From a virus, in IMG/VR virus record IMGVR_UViG_3300046171_000225, positions 32,001-96,000 of that record: a DNA stretch of 64,000 nucleotides. One strand, written 5' to 3'. Within the stretch, counting starts at the first letter, position 1; the number at the start of each line of letters is the position of its first letter. Under the pieces are notes generated by a model. That model made no database searches. It saw only the letters and a list, made by a program, of their open reading frames with translations, and was not told the origin of the DNA. Positions 56,375 through 64,000 of the stretch are shown here, piece after piece. The translations under genes were made by a program, and so were the position numbers.

Positions 56375-57064
56375 ATGGAAACAATCGTAAGAATAATATT
56401 AGCATTTATCTTTCTAGCTTCTTGTGGAAACACCGAGACGCTAATTAATACCGACGATACGGAAGGGGTGGGTTATCTTTCTGTCTTGTCTACTAATGTT
56501 ATAGCGAAGAGCAGGAACTCGACAGTTCAGATTTTTTCATACGATGATATGGGAAGACAGATTTCGGGCTCTGGTGCTTATGTAGTACACAAGAACAGCC
56601 ACTTTATCTTGACCGCGACTCATGTTGTAAAGTATTCTAGTAAGGCCCTAATCATTTCTGGCAAAGAAAAGATTCTTGCTGAGGTTATCTACGCTGAGGA
56701 AGCCTCGGATGTGGCAGTGCTAAGAGTCGCAGGCATGGTCACTAGGAAGCCACTGGTCTGGAAAACTACTCTGCCAAGAATAGGTGACAAAGTTTTCTAC
56801 ACTGGTTTCCCGAACAGCTACGAATACCTAACAATCAATGGGGTGGTTAGTGGGCAGACAGCTGGACGCATAGTTTTGCATTCCTACGCTTGGGGTGGCT
56901 CTTCCGGTTCGGTCGTGTTAGATTCGCGAGGGAGGTTAGTTGGAGTAGTCTCTGCTATTGACATTGGCGTAGGCTATTTAGGACAACCCCAGCTAGTGCA
57001 AAATATAGTTCTCGTATCTCCGATTAGAGAGCTAGATATAGACAGTATATTAAGCTCTATGTAG
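56375..57064 (+). CDS. Trypsin-like serine protease, predicted lipoprotein
   Basis: Signal peptide with LASC lipobox; TATH, DVAVL and GSSGS triad. Confidence 0.85.
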   Translation: METIVRIILAFIFLASCGNTETLINTDDTEGVGYLSVLSTNVIAKSRNSTVQIFSYDDMGRQISGSGAYVVHKNSHFILTATHVVKYSSKALIISGKEKILAEVIYAEEASDVAVLRVAGMVTRKPLVWKTTLPRIGDKVFYTGFPNSYEYLTINGVVSGQTAGRIVLHSYAWGGSSGSVVLDSRGRLVGVVSAIDIGVGYLGQPQLVQNIVLVSPIRELDIDSILSSM

Positions 57065-57079
57065 AGAGAAGGAGAAGAC

Positions 57080-57313
57080 ATGAAAGAAGAAACAAAGTCG
57101 TTGATTAATGAAAATGTAGAGTCTTTGATCAAAGAAAACGACATGCTAAAGAAAAAAGTTTTAGAACTAGAAGAAGAGAACACATACTTATGGCAGATGC
57201 TAGAGGAGAAAAGCAATTCTGAGAAAGCTGTTGGACAGGCAATTGAAGCTATGCTACAAGAAGCCATTGAAGAACAGTATCTTAAGAGCTTGAAACCAAT
57301 TGGAGACGCTTAA
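57080..57313 (+). CDS. Coiled-coil hypothetical protein
   Basis: Heptad-rich 77 aa. Confidence 0.55.
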   Translation: MKEETKSLINENVESLIKENDMLKKKVLELEEENTYLWQMLEEKSNSEKAVGQAIEAMLQEAIEEQYLKSLKPIGDA

Positions 57314-58347
57314 TGAGAGTTTACTTATTCGACATTGACGGGACGCTAACACCGCCTCGTCAACCTATGTCTGAAGGTTTCGCTAAGTTCTTTCTAGACT
57401 TTTGTGAAGAGAACACTGTTTATCTTTCGACAGGTTCTGACTGGAGCAAAGTTGTAGAGCAGGTGCCTGAGAACATACTGCACTCTTGTGCGGGCGTATT
57501 CACCTGTTCTGGGAACTCTTACTGGTCTCTCGACGTAGATGATGTGTTTGTTGAAGACGCGTCCTACAGGGCTGATTTTGAGCCCTCTGAGGCATTGCTT
57601 AGTGACCTTGGCCTTTTCCTTGAGAGCTCTGACTGTCCAAAGAAGACTGGCGAGCATATTGAGCATAGAACAGGTATGATAAACTTCAGTACAATTGGCC
57701 GCGCTTGCAGCCAAGAAGAGAGAGAAGAATATTCCATGTGGGACAAAGAAAACAAAGAAAGAGAAAAGATTGTCTCTGTTCTCCGCAAAAGGTACAACGA
57801 TCTGAGTTTCAACATTGGCGGACAGATCAGTATTGACATCAGCCCTACTGGCTATGACAAGTCACGCTCCGTCTCTTATCTTAGAGAATGGCACCCAGAC
57901 TGTTCTATTCACTTCTTTGGAGATAAGATGCAACCGGGCGGCAATGATTATCCAGTTCTGAAAGAGTTAAATGATAATGACACCTACGAAGATGTAGATG
58001 ATTATGAGCACACTCTCAAACTTCTTGTCGGTGAACCTGTAGAAACTCCGAAAACTGATGCTGAAGTGCTTAAGCCAAAACCATCTGCAAAGCTTGCTCC
58101 TCGTGGTATCGAGACATTTACAATCTGTAGGCAAGCAGACGAGTCAGGTGTGTCGGGTACCGGAGTTGTGATCGAGGGCGTTGAGTACGCTACAGGACAA
58201 GTGGTACTCCACTGGCTTACCCCGTTCCCAAAGGGCAGTATCGCTATCTTTGAAAGTCTAGAAGATTTTAAGAGAGTGCATATAAACCCTCATCCGAACA
58301 ATAAAACAATTATTACTTGGTCAGATGGAAGGCAGGAAGAATTCTAG
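57313..58347 (+). CDS. HAD-IIB phosphomannomutase (eukaryote-type PMM) with extra C-terminal domain
   Basis: FDIDGTLT, TGSD, IEHRTGMINFS, GGQISID and FFGDK..GGND; extra domain of about 85 aa containing DESGVSGTGVV. Confidence 0.85.
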   Translation: MRVYLFDIDGTLTPPRQPMSEGFAKFFLDFCEENTVYLSTGSDWSKVVEQVPENILHSCAGVFTCSGNSYWSLDVDDVFVEDASYRADFEPSEALLSDLGLFLESSDCPKKTGEHIEHRTGMINFSTIGRACSQEEREEYSMWDKENKEREKIVSVLRKRYNDLSFNIGGQISIDISPTGYDKSRSVSYLREWHPDCSIHFFGDKMQPGGNDYPVLKELNDNDTYEDVDDYEHTLKLLVGEPVETPKTDAEVLKPKPSAKLAPRGIETFTICRQADESGVSGTGVVIEGVEYATGQVVLHWLTPFPKGSIAIFESLEDFKRVHINPHPNNKTIITWSDGRQEEF

Positions 58348-59213
58348 CCTTCTTGTTCTTGTTCTTGGTCTGACGGGAAGACAAAGCTAAGCTGATCTAC
58401 TGGCTGCTCTGGGGCTCGCCTAGAACCAGGGTACCCAGGGTCAGGCAGATCATCTGTCTCTGCGGCTCTGTAGTAAGATACTGGTAGTCGTAGGAATGAA
58501 TCAACAATATTAAATACTGCTGCTACGTGCTTGCAGATATAATACTCTCTGTTTGGGTCTCTGATGCCTTGGTCCGCAGAGGTGTTCGCGTAGTCACCTG
58601 CCCAGTATCCCGGTGTTCCTGAGGGAGACGTCATGTTCGGGTTCCACCTTGCCTTTCTTGGATTGTAGCCCGGAGGGTTGCTTCTGCCCTGGCCAGCAGG
58701 ATAGAGATAGTTAAGTCTCTCGGCGTTATACTCGGGGCCGTTCCAAATGAAAAAGGGGCAGTTGCATTTTACCATCACATCTAGTTGCTTTAGACGCTCA
58801 GATGCAGGTAGTTCTGCAAGTTGTTCTGCTCTTGGACCGTCTTTGCTAAACTGAACGGTAACCGTGTACGGACCTTCTTTGGAATTCGGCCAGTCGTCGG
58901 AGGGCACCTTGTATATAAATCTTCTAGTTCTAGCTTCGCCTTGTCCCGCACCATAGACCATATCAATCTTGCCTGAGCGTGGTGGGTTCTCGATGTTCTG
59001 TCCGTAACCAGCGCCTCTTACAGCAGTGCCGCCACGGCTGTTAATCACACTATTGTTGCGAGAGACAAGTTGATTGTACTTTATACCATTTACAAATTCA
59101 TGAAGTTGTATAATCTTGCCGGTATTTTCAAGGAGAAAGTTATCGTAATGATGTCCACAAGTACAAGTTTCGTAGTCGTCAGAGTAATCTTTCCAATCTT
59201 TTAAAAACTTCAT
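58344..59213 (-). CDS. SWIM zinc-finger protein
   Basis: YTVTVQF...CNCPFF...ICKHVAAV; the only clear minus-strand gene, filling a gap on the + strand. Confidence 0.75.
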   Translation of the reverse strand: MKFLKDWKDYSDDYETCTCGHHYDNFLLENTGKIIQLHEFVNGIKYNQLVSRNNSVINSRGGTAVRGAGYGQNIENPPRSGKIDMVYGAGQGEARTRRFIYKVPSDDWPNSKEGPYTVTVQFSKDGPRAEQLAELPASERLKQLDVMVKCNCPFFIWNGPEYNAERLNYLYPAGQGRSNPPGYNPRKARWNPNMTSPSGTPGYWAGDYANTSADQGIRDPNREYYICKHVAAVFNIVDSFLRLPVSYYRAAETDDLPDPGYPGSRRAPEQPVDQLSFVFPSDQEQEQEG

Positions 59214-59233
59214 TATGTTCTTCCCATCCTAGT

Positions 59234-59243
59234 ACTAATTAGT
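59234..59243. promoter_or_regulatory. Palindromic ACTAATTAGT, candidate bidirectional late promoter
   Basis: Motif reads on both strands between two divergent genes. Confidence 0.6.
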
Positions 59244-59283
59244 ATATTAGATCGGAATAGATTTATTTTAAAGAGGAATAAAT

Positions 59284-60234
59284 ATGTTTGACGACTGGGC
59301 TTGGAAAAGTTATGTTAATGTGATGACTGAAGCTAAGGAACCTACTCCGTTTAAGAGTAAGGCTCAAAAAAGGTACAAGAAGCTAAGGTATAAAAACGAC
59401 ATTTATACTAGAAATGGTGGTATCAAAAACAAGGCTTCTGGTGCTCCCTACTCTGGTGACTTACAGAGATTTGGCACTAGCAGTTTAAGATTTGAAAGTC
59501 TCACTGAAGAAGTAATAGATGGACTGGACGTTTCCAGTCTCAAGCCTCAGGACACTTTGTCTCCTGTTTTGTGGGACGGTAAAGAAATAGATTCACGCCA
59601 CAAGATGAAGCTCATTAGTATTGCCAATGACTTTGTAGATAGTCTAGGGCTTGATATAGAAATAAAAGATATACTTCTTGTTGGCTCAATGGCAGGGTAT
59701 AATTACTCCGAGCATTCTGACATTGATCTGCATATTGTTCTAGACTTTGGGGAGATAAGCACAGACCCCGAACTCCTTAGAAAGTATTTCTTCCTTGCGA
59801 AGTCAAAGTGGAATAGGAACTACAGGGTTACAATAGGTGGTCATGATGTTGAGGTTTACGCAGAGGACATAGGAGATGACCCTGTTCCATCTCCGACCTA
59901 CTCTCTTATGAGAGATGGGTGGATTTTAGAGCCTAGCAAAGAAGACGTTTCGATTGATTACGAAGGTGTTGTCAAAAAGGTAAAAGAAAAAGTTAAGCAG
60001 ATTGATGAGCTGCAGAACTTGCAGGACAGTGGAAATTATGAAGAAGCATACAATTTATCTTTAGCTATGAAAACAAAACTTCGCAACTTTAGAAAAAGTG
60101 GATTAGATGAAAGCGGAGAATTTTCCATTGAAAATTTAGCTTATAAAATTCTTAGAAGGTCTGGTGAGATAGAAAGAGTGGCAGACATTCTCAAGAAATC
60201 TTATACTAGTATGAGAGAGGATGATGGAATTTAA
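59284..60234 (+). CDS. Pol-beta-superfamily nucleotidyltransferase
   Basis: LVGSMAGYNYSEHSDIDLHI, VEVY and GEFSIENLAYKILRR. Confidence 0.8.
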   Translation: MFDDWAWKSYVNVMTEAKEPTPFKSKAQKRYKKLRYKNDIYTRNGGIKNKASGAPYSGDLQRFGTSSLRFESLTEEVIDGLDVSSLKPQDTLSPVLWDGKEIDSRHKMKLISIANDFVDSLGLDIEIKDILLVGSMAGYNYSEHSDIDLHIVLDFGEISTDPELLRKYFFLAKSKWNRNYRVTIGGHDVEVYAEDIGDDPVPSPTYSLMRDGWILEPSKEDVSIDYEGVVKKVKEKVKQIDELQNLQDSGNYEEAYNLSLAMKTKLRNFRKSGLDESGEFSIENLAYKILRRSGEIERVADILKKSYTSMREDDGI

Positions 60235-60451
60235 CGAACAAGATATAATTAAGATCTTAAACATTCATGCAAGAGCACTTAAAAAATTAGATTTGATGGC
60301 TATGGAACTTATAGAAGAAATTTATAATGAAAAGGTTTTAGTATCAAATATTTATAAACACCTAAAAGAAGAAGTAGCACAAGAGCAAACACCTCAATCG
60401 TCAGACAATAAAGAGCCTGACAATGTTATCAGGTTCCCATTTGAAGAATAA
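60221..60451 (+). CDS. Hypothetical protein
   Basis: Ends NVIRFPF. Confidence 0.5.
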   Translation: MMEFNEQDIIKILNIHARALKKLDLMAMELIEEIYNEKVLVSNIYKHLKEEVAQEQTPQSSDNKEPDNVIRFPFEE

Positions 60452-60490
60452 CATAACCTGACTCTCTAATTATTATAGGGGGAACACAAT

Positions 60491-60886
60491 GTGGAAGATC
60501 TTGAATTTTTAGAATCCTATCTAATGATTGAATATGATGTTGACGTTGTGTTTGGCAAAGATGAAGTAGACGCTTACTACTACGATGCAGACTGTATCGG
60601 GGTCAATACGAACCATGATAAGGAAATACAACTTTTTTGCTTGCTACATGAAGCAGGACACCTTATAATAAGAAAGCGTGAAAACTTTGAACAACTTTAT
60701 CCCCACACTAGCAAAAAAGGGACAACCCAGCTAAGCAAAATTGATATTATTAGAGAAGAAATCAATGCTTGGAACGAGGGAAGATCTCTTGCTTTGATGT
60801 TAGGAATAAAAATTAATGAGAAAAGATGGGAGAGCTACTGGAGACATCAAGTCTACAAGTATGTTAAATGGGCCGCAGATAAGTAA
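60491..60886 (+). CDS. HExxH metallopeptidase-like protein (ImmA/IrrE-like)
   Basis: LLHEAGH...EEINAW. Confidence 0.65.
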   Translation: MEDLEFLESYLMIEYDVDVVFGKDEVDAYYYDADCIGVNTNHDKEIQLFCLLHEAGHLIIRKRENFEQLYPHTSKKGTTQLSKIDIIREEINAWNEGRSLALMLGIKINEKRWESYWRHQVYKYVKWAADK

Positions 60887-61064
60887 AGGTGACCTTGTTA
60901 TCGTCTCCAACAATAAATCACACACGAGTCTTGCGATTGTTCTTGACACTGATGAAGAATGGTCCTATGTGATTTATGTAGCAGGGAAAGGCGCAGAAAT
61001 CAAGCATGATCCATTTTGGATTGCTAATTTAGTATTAACTCCATATGGAGAGGAAGATGAGTGA
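60861..61064 (+). CDS. Small SH3-like hypothetical protein (start uncertain)
   Basis: ISKGDLVIV...LAIVL. Confidence 0.45.
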   Translation: MLNGPQISKGDLVIVSNNKSHTSLAIVLDTDEEWSYVIYVAGKGAEIKHDPFWIANLVLTPYGEEDE

Positions 61065-61641
61065 CGTTCAAGCTAAAATAGAACTAGCTCTGAGCAAAGA
61101 GCTTGACCGGCACCAAAGAGGCTACGTCCTTTCTTTTCAATCATTTTATGATCGAACAGGATTTTTGTCTGGTGCGCAGGAGCGGATGCTTGACAGGTTC
61201 CTTGCAGAGCACAGTGACGAAGCGAAAGCTAAGAGAGCAGCTTGGGCTAAAGAGTTTGAGTCTAAGCGGGAGGAATTCAAGATTATTTTTGAATACTACA
61301 AGGCTCAGAGAAATTACTTTGGCTCTGTCATCATGGGATTTCAGGAGGACGAAAACTATGTGCCGCCTGAAAAAACATACAACAAGATGTGTTTTAACAA
61401 GTACGCCGATAAAGTCCGGCAGGCACACTACAGTGAGCCGAAGTATAAGAACGGCATTCTTGTCTTTCCGAGAAGTACTTGTCCTAGCCGACACGCCTTT
61501 GAAAGAGGTGCTATCGTTCTAGAAGCAGGAGCAGCACCCGTTGTATCCGCTTGCAAAGGGGCGAAAAGATATTTGTTGTTGCCTGTTGGCGCACCGCACG
61601 GTATCTTGGTCGAAGAAAGACACCTGAAAACCAGAAAGTGA
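61057..61641 (+). CDS. Hypothetical protein
   Basis: ATG after GGAGAGG. Confidence 0.6.
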   Translation: MSDVQAKIELALSKELDRHQRGYVLSFQSFYDRTGFLSGAQERMLDRFLAEHSDEAKAKRAAWAKEFESKREEFKIIFEYYKAQRNYFGSVIMGFQEDENYVPPEKTYNKMCFNKYADKVRQAHYSEPKYKNGILVFPRSTCPSRHAFERGAIVLEAGAAPVVSACKGAKRYLLLPVGAPHGILVEERHLKTRK

Positions 61642-61667
61642 TTCCTGAATAGATAGAGGGTAGACAA

Positions 61668-62369
61668 ATGCAAAACCGATGTAGCTTCTGCGGTGTCAGG
61701 GGACATACTAGAATCACTTGTCCCACTAGGATTCAGGCTGTAGCTAAGGCTAGGTCACTACATAGCCATACTCCAGAAGCTTTGTCTATAAGACAGAAAA
61801 GTCTTATTGTAGAAGACAATCAGATCTTACAGAAGAAAAAGAATCCAACGCCAAGAAAATGTTCTTACTGCAGGGGAAGATACGGGCGTTTTGAGTATGG
61901 ACATAATAGAAGAAACTGCCCTCAACTCAAAGAAGATAAAGAAAAGGTTATTCCTAAAAACAAAGTGTGGCGCGAACTAGCCCTAGAGTCAATGGCAAAG
62001 CATGGCTTTGGTGTTGGTACTATTTTTGAGTATGCTGCTTTTAACGAAAAGCACAGATATATTGTAACAGATGTTCTTTGGGACAGGATTGGGATTTATC
62101 TTCCATACTCAGAGTGGGCTGCCCCGAAAGAATGTTTTACAGTGCAAAGGTTTGATGGGGTAAAGCATACATTGAACTTCATCAGAACTCCTCATTATGA
62201 TCATTATACATGCTTCCACATAAAGAAACTTAATATTTTAGTTCCCATGTCTGAAAGGTCCATCAGGTCAAACGCATCAGATGACTGGTTAGAGGGAAAA
62301 GAAGGCTTGGAACTACTATTTAGTAAAAAGTCAGATAAATTAATTGACCACGCAAGTATGTTAAGTTAA
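61668..62369 (+). CDS. Protein with two CCHC zinc knuckles
   Basis: CSFCGVRGHTRITC and CSYC...GHNRRNC. Confidence 0.7.
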   Translation: MQNRCSFCGVRGHTRITCPTRIQAVAKARSLHSHTPEALSIRQKSLIVEDNQILQKKKNPTPRKCSYCRGRYGRFEYGHNRRNCPQLKEDKEKVIPKNKVWRELALESMAKHGFGVGTIFEYAAFNEKHRYIVTDVLWDRIGIYLPYSEWAAPKECFTVQRFDGVKHTLNFIRTPHYDHYTCFHIKKLNILVPMSERSIRSNASDDWLEGKEGLELLFSKKSDKLIDHASMLS

Positions 62370-62372
62370 GGT
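62344..62372 (+). promoter_or_regulatory. Candidate sigma70-type promoter for the MoxR operon
   Basis: TTGACC-17 nt-TAAGGT. Confidence 0.4.
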
Positions 62373-62427
62373 TCCGATGGCTTCGTAGGGAAGCGGACTA
62401 CTCAATCTCAGTTTGCAGAGGTGCAAC

Positions 62428-63555
62428 ATGGATTTCAAGACTCTCAATCTCATTCTTTCCGACCTACTGAAGCAGGGGGACAGTTCTTCTAACTTCCCTA
62501 TCATGATCAGAGGTCGTCATGGCATTGGCAAATCGGAAGTGGTGTACCAGCTTGCCGCCATTCTAGGCATGAAAGTTGTGGAACGTCGCGCCTCGCAGAT
62601 GCAGGAAGGCGATCTTATTGGTATGCCAAGACAAGAGCCAGTTATCACTGATCAAGGAACAGAAGTTGCTACCTTCAATAGTTTTGATTGGTTAGTGGAG
62701 TGCTGCGAGAACCCTCGTGTGCTTTTCTTTGACGAGGTTGACCGTGGAGATCAACAAGTAAGGCAAGGCATCATGGAACTCACCGATAGCCGCAAGTTGT
62801 TTGGCAAGGTGCTTCACCCTGAGACCATCATTATCGCCGCTGTCAACGGCGGCAAGCATGGCTCCGAGTATCAAGTTGGGGAGCTAGACCCTGCGGAGGC
62901 TGACCGTTGGGCTATCTACGATGTTGAGCCAACCGTAGAGGATTGGCTTGATTGGGCAAACGGCAAAGTTAACCCACTCATGTGGGACTTCATTAACCAG
63001 AACCGTGATCACCTAGAGCATAAGGATTCGTTCGAGCCGAATGAAGTTTATCCTTCTCGACGCAGTGTCGTTCGCTTGGATAAGGTTTTGGAGCGTGCTT
63101 CTCTGTACGATAGCTACAAAGAAAATGTCGATCACATGACAAACATTGCGATGGGCTTTCTTGGTATGGGGACGGCCCTTGCCTTTGGCCGGTTTGCAGC
63201 TAACTACGAGTATCAGGTAACTGCTGAAAATATTGTTTACGATGGCCTGTGGGAAAAGACTAAAAGCTTTGGTTTGAACGATCATTTGGCAATGACTGTT
63301 AAGATTTCAAACAGCGGCATCTTGGATAAGAAGCTCAGCCCTGAGCACCTTGAGAATGTAGCAAACTACTTCGTCACACTTCCATCTGAGGTTGGGGCTA
63401 AGTTCTGGGTTCTCTTCTGCGGAAAGGCTCAAGACAACTTCCAGAACCCCAACTTGGTAGAATTCAGCAATACAACCGCTCGTAATGGCCTTCGGGTGTC
63501 AGAGCATTATAGCCAGATGTTGACAGGTAATGTACTAAAGGCTAAAGAAGACTAG
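62428..63555 (+). CDS. MoxR-type AAA+ ATPase
   Basis: GRHGIGKS, LFFDEVDR, AAVN, DPAEADRW and PSRRS motifs. Confidence 0.88.
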   Translation: MDFKTLNLILSDLLKQGDSSSNFPIMIRGRHGIGKSEVVYQLAAILGMKVVERRASQMQEGDLIGMPRQEPVITDQGTEVATFNSFDWLVECCENPRVLFFDEVDRGDQQVRQGIMELTDSRKLFGKVLHPETIIIAAVNGGKHGSEYQVGELDPAEADRWAIYDVEPTVEDWLDWANGKVNPLMWDFINQNRDHLEHKDSFEPNEVYPSRRSVVRLDKVLERASLYDSYKENVDHMTNIAMGFLGMGTALAFGRFAANYEYQVTAENIVYDGLWEKTKSFGLNDHLAMTVKISNSGILDKKLSPEHLENVANYFVTLPSEVGAKFWVLFCGKAQDNFQNPNLVEFSNTTARNGLRVSEHYSQMLTGNVLKAKED

Positions 63556-63566
63556 GGAGGTGCGTT

Positions 63567-64000
63567 GTGTCATTTGACCTCGGTTTCCATATTCATAGGC
63601 TTCTGAGAGCAGAGCCTTTCTTCGCTTCTTTTTCGAGAAGAGTAGAAAAGGTGTCTGACAAGACAATTCCAACAGCCGCCATGTCTTACGACAAGGACAT
63701 CAAAAGATTTTGCTTTCTCTACAATCCGGATTTCTTTGAGAGTCTGTCGGATATTCATAAAGTTGGAGTGATTAAGCATGAGTTTTATCACTTGATCTTT
63801 AAGCATCTAACAGACCGGATTCCTTTTGATCCGGTCAAACAAGCAGAATTGCTTAAGATGTGGAATATCGCCGCAGACTTAGCGATTAACACCCACATTC
63901 AGAAAGAACTACCCAAGATGGCCTGCGTCCCAGGTCGTAAGCCGTTCAAGGATTATATTCCGGGATGTACTGCTGAGGCTTATTTTGAGGTCCTGAAGAA
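63567..64000 (+). CDS. DUF2201-type metallopeptidase(-VWA) partner of MoxR, 3' truncated by window
   Basis: Manual translation from GTG after GGAGG: EPFFA...PTAA...YNPDF...KHEFYH...WNIAADLAIN; open to the window end. Confidence 0.8.
   Translation, partial: MSFDLGFHIHRLLRAEPFFASFSRRVEKVSDKTIPTAAMSYDKDIKRFCFLYNPDFFESLSDIHKVGVIKHEFYHLIFKHLTDRIPFDPVKQAELLKMWNIAADLAINTHIQKELPKMACVPGRKPFKDYIPGCTAEAYFEVLK

Noticed and set aside
63570-63806. 78-aa minus-strand ORF at the window end
   Set aside because: The + strand carries an open DUF2201-type frame that the ORF track missed because it lacks a stop within the window.
1-64000. Alternative genetic code (stop-codon reassignment)
   Set aside because: Genes tile densely in the standard code, and TAA, TAG and TGA all end recognisable proteins at the expected positions.

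Overview
This window is 64 kb of a large T4-like (gp20/21/23/18/19-type) tailed dsDNA phage genome. It is almost entirely + strand and reads in the standard genetic code. Bases 1-24 kb hold a head, neck, tail and baseplate module with a ribosomal protein bS21 gene next to the scaffold and capsid genes. Bases 24-36 kb hold a minimal family-A polymerase, a divergent tubulin/FtsZ-like gene, SSB, RecA, tRNA-Ser(UGA), RNase H/FEN, a DnaB-like helicase, class II RNR, a GroES-like gene, an amidase and ThyX. At 36.2-38.3 kb, small genes form an array in which each junction is the same 16-bp element GGAGAGCGAAGAATGA, combining RBS, stop and start. This is the most striking unexplained structure, and one cassette carries a free-standing copy of the capsid 'Gol'-like motif. 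At 38.7-42.5 kb is a phage-encoded PAS histidine kinase / receiver operon interrupted by a repeat protein. Bases 42.5-64 kb hold glutaredoxin, DnaE, UvsE, dUTPase, ClpP, GroEL, a DEDDh exonuclease, NUDIX, a lipoprotein protease, PMM, SWIM, a nucleotidyltransferase, and MoxR with a DUF2201-type partner. A recurrent CTA(A/T)TTA motif precedes virion and accessory genes and is a candidate late promoter. Several promoter motifs sit inside hairpins that bury the downstream RBS. The tail tube gene appears frameshifted, and a separate candidate programmed frameshift precedes the tape measure gene. All calls come from motif recognition by eye; no searches were run and the host is not determined.
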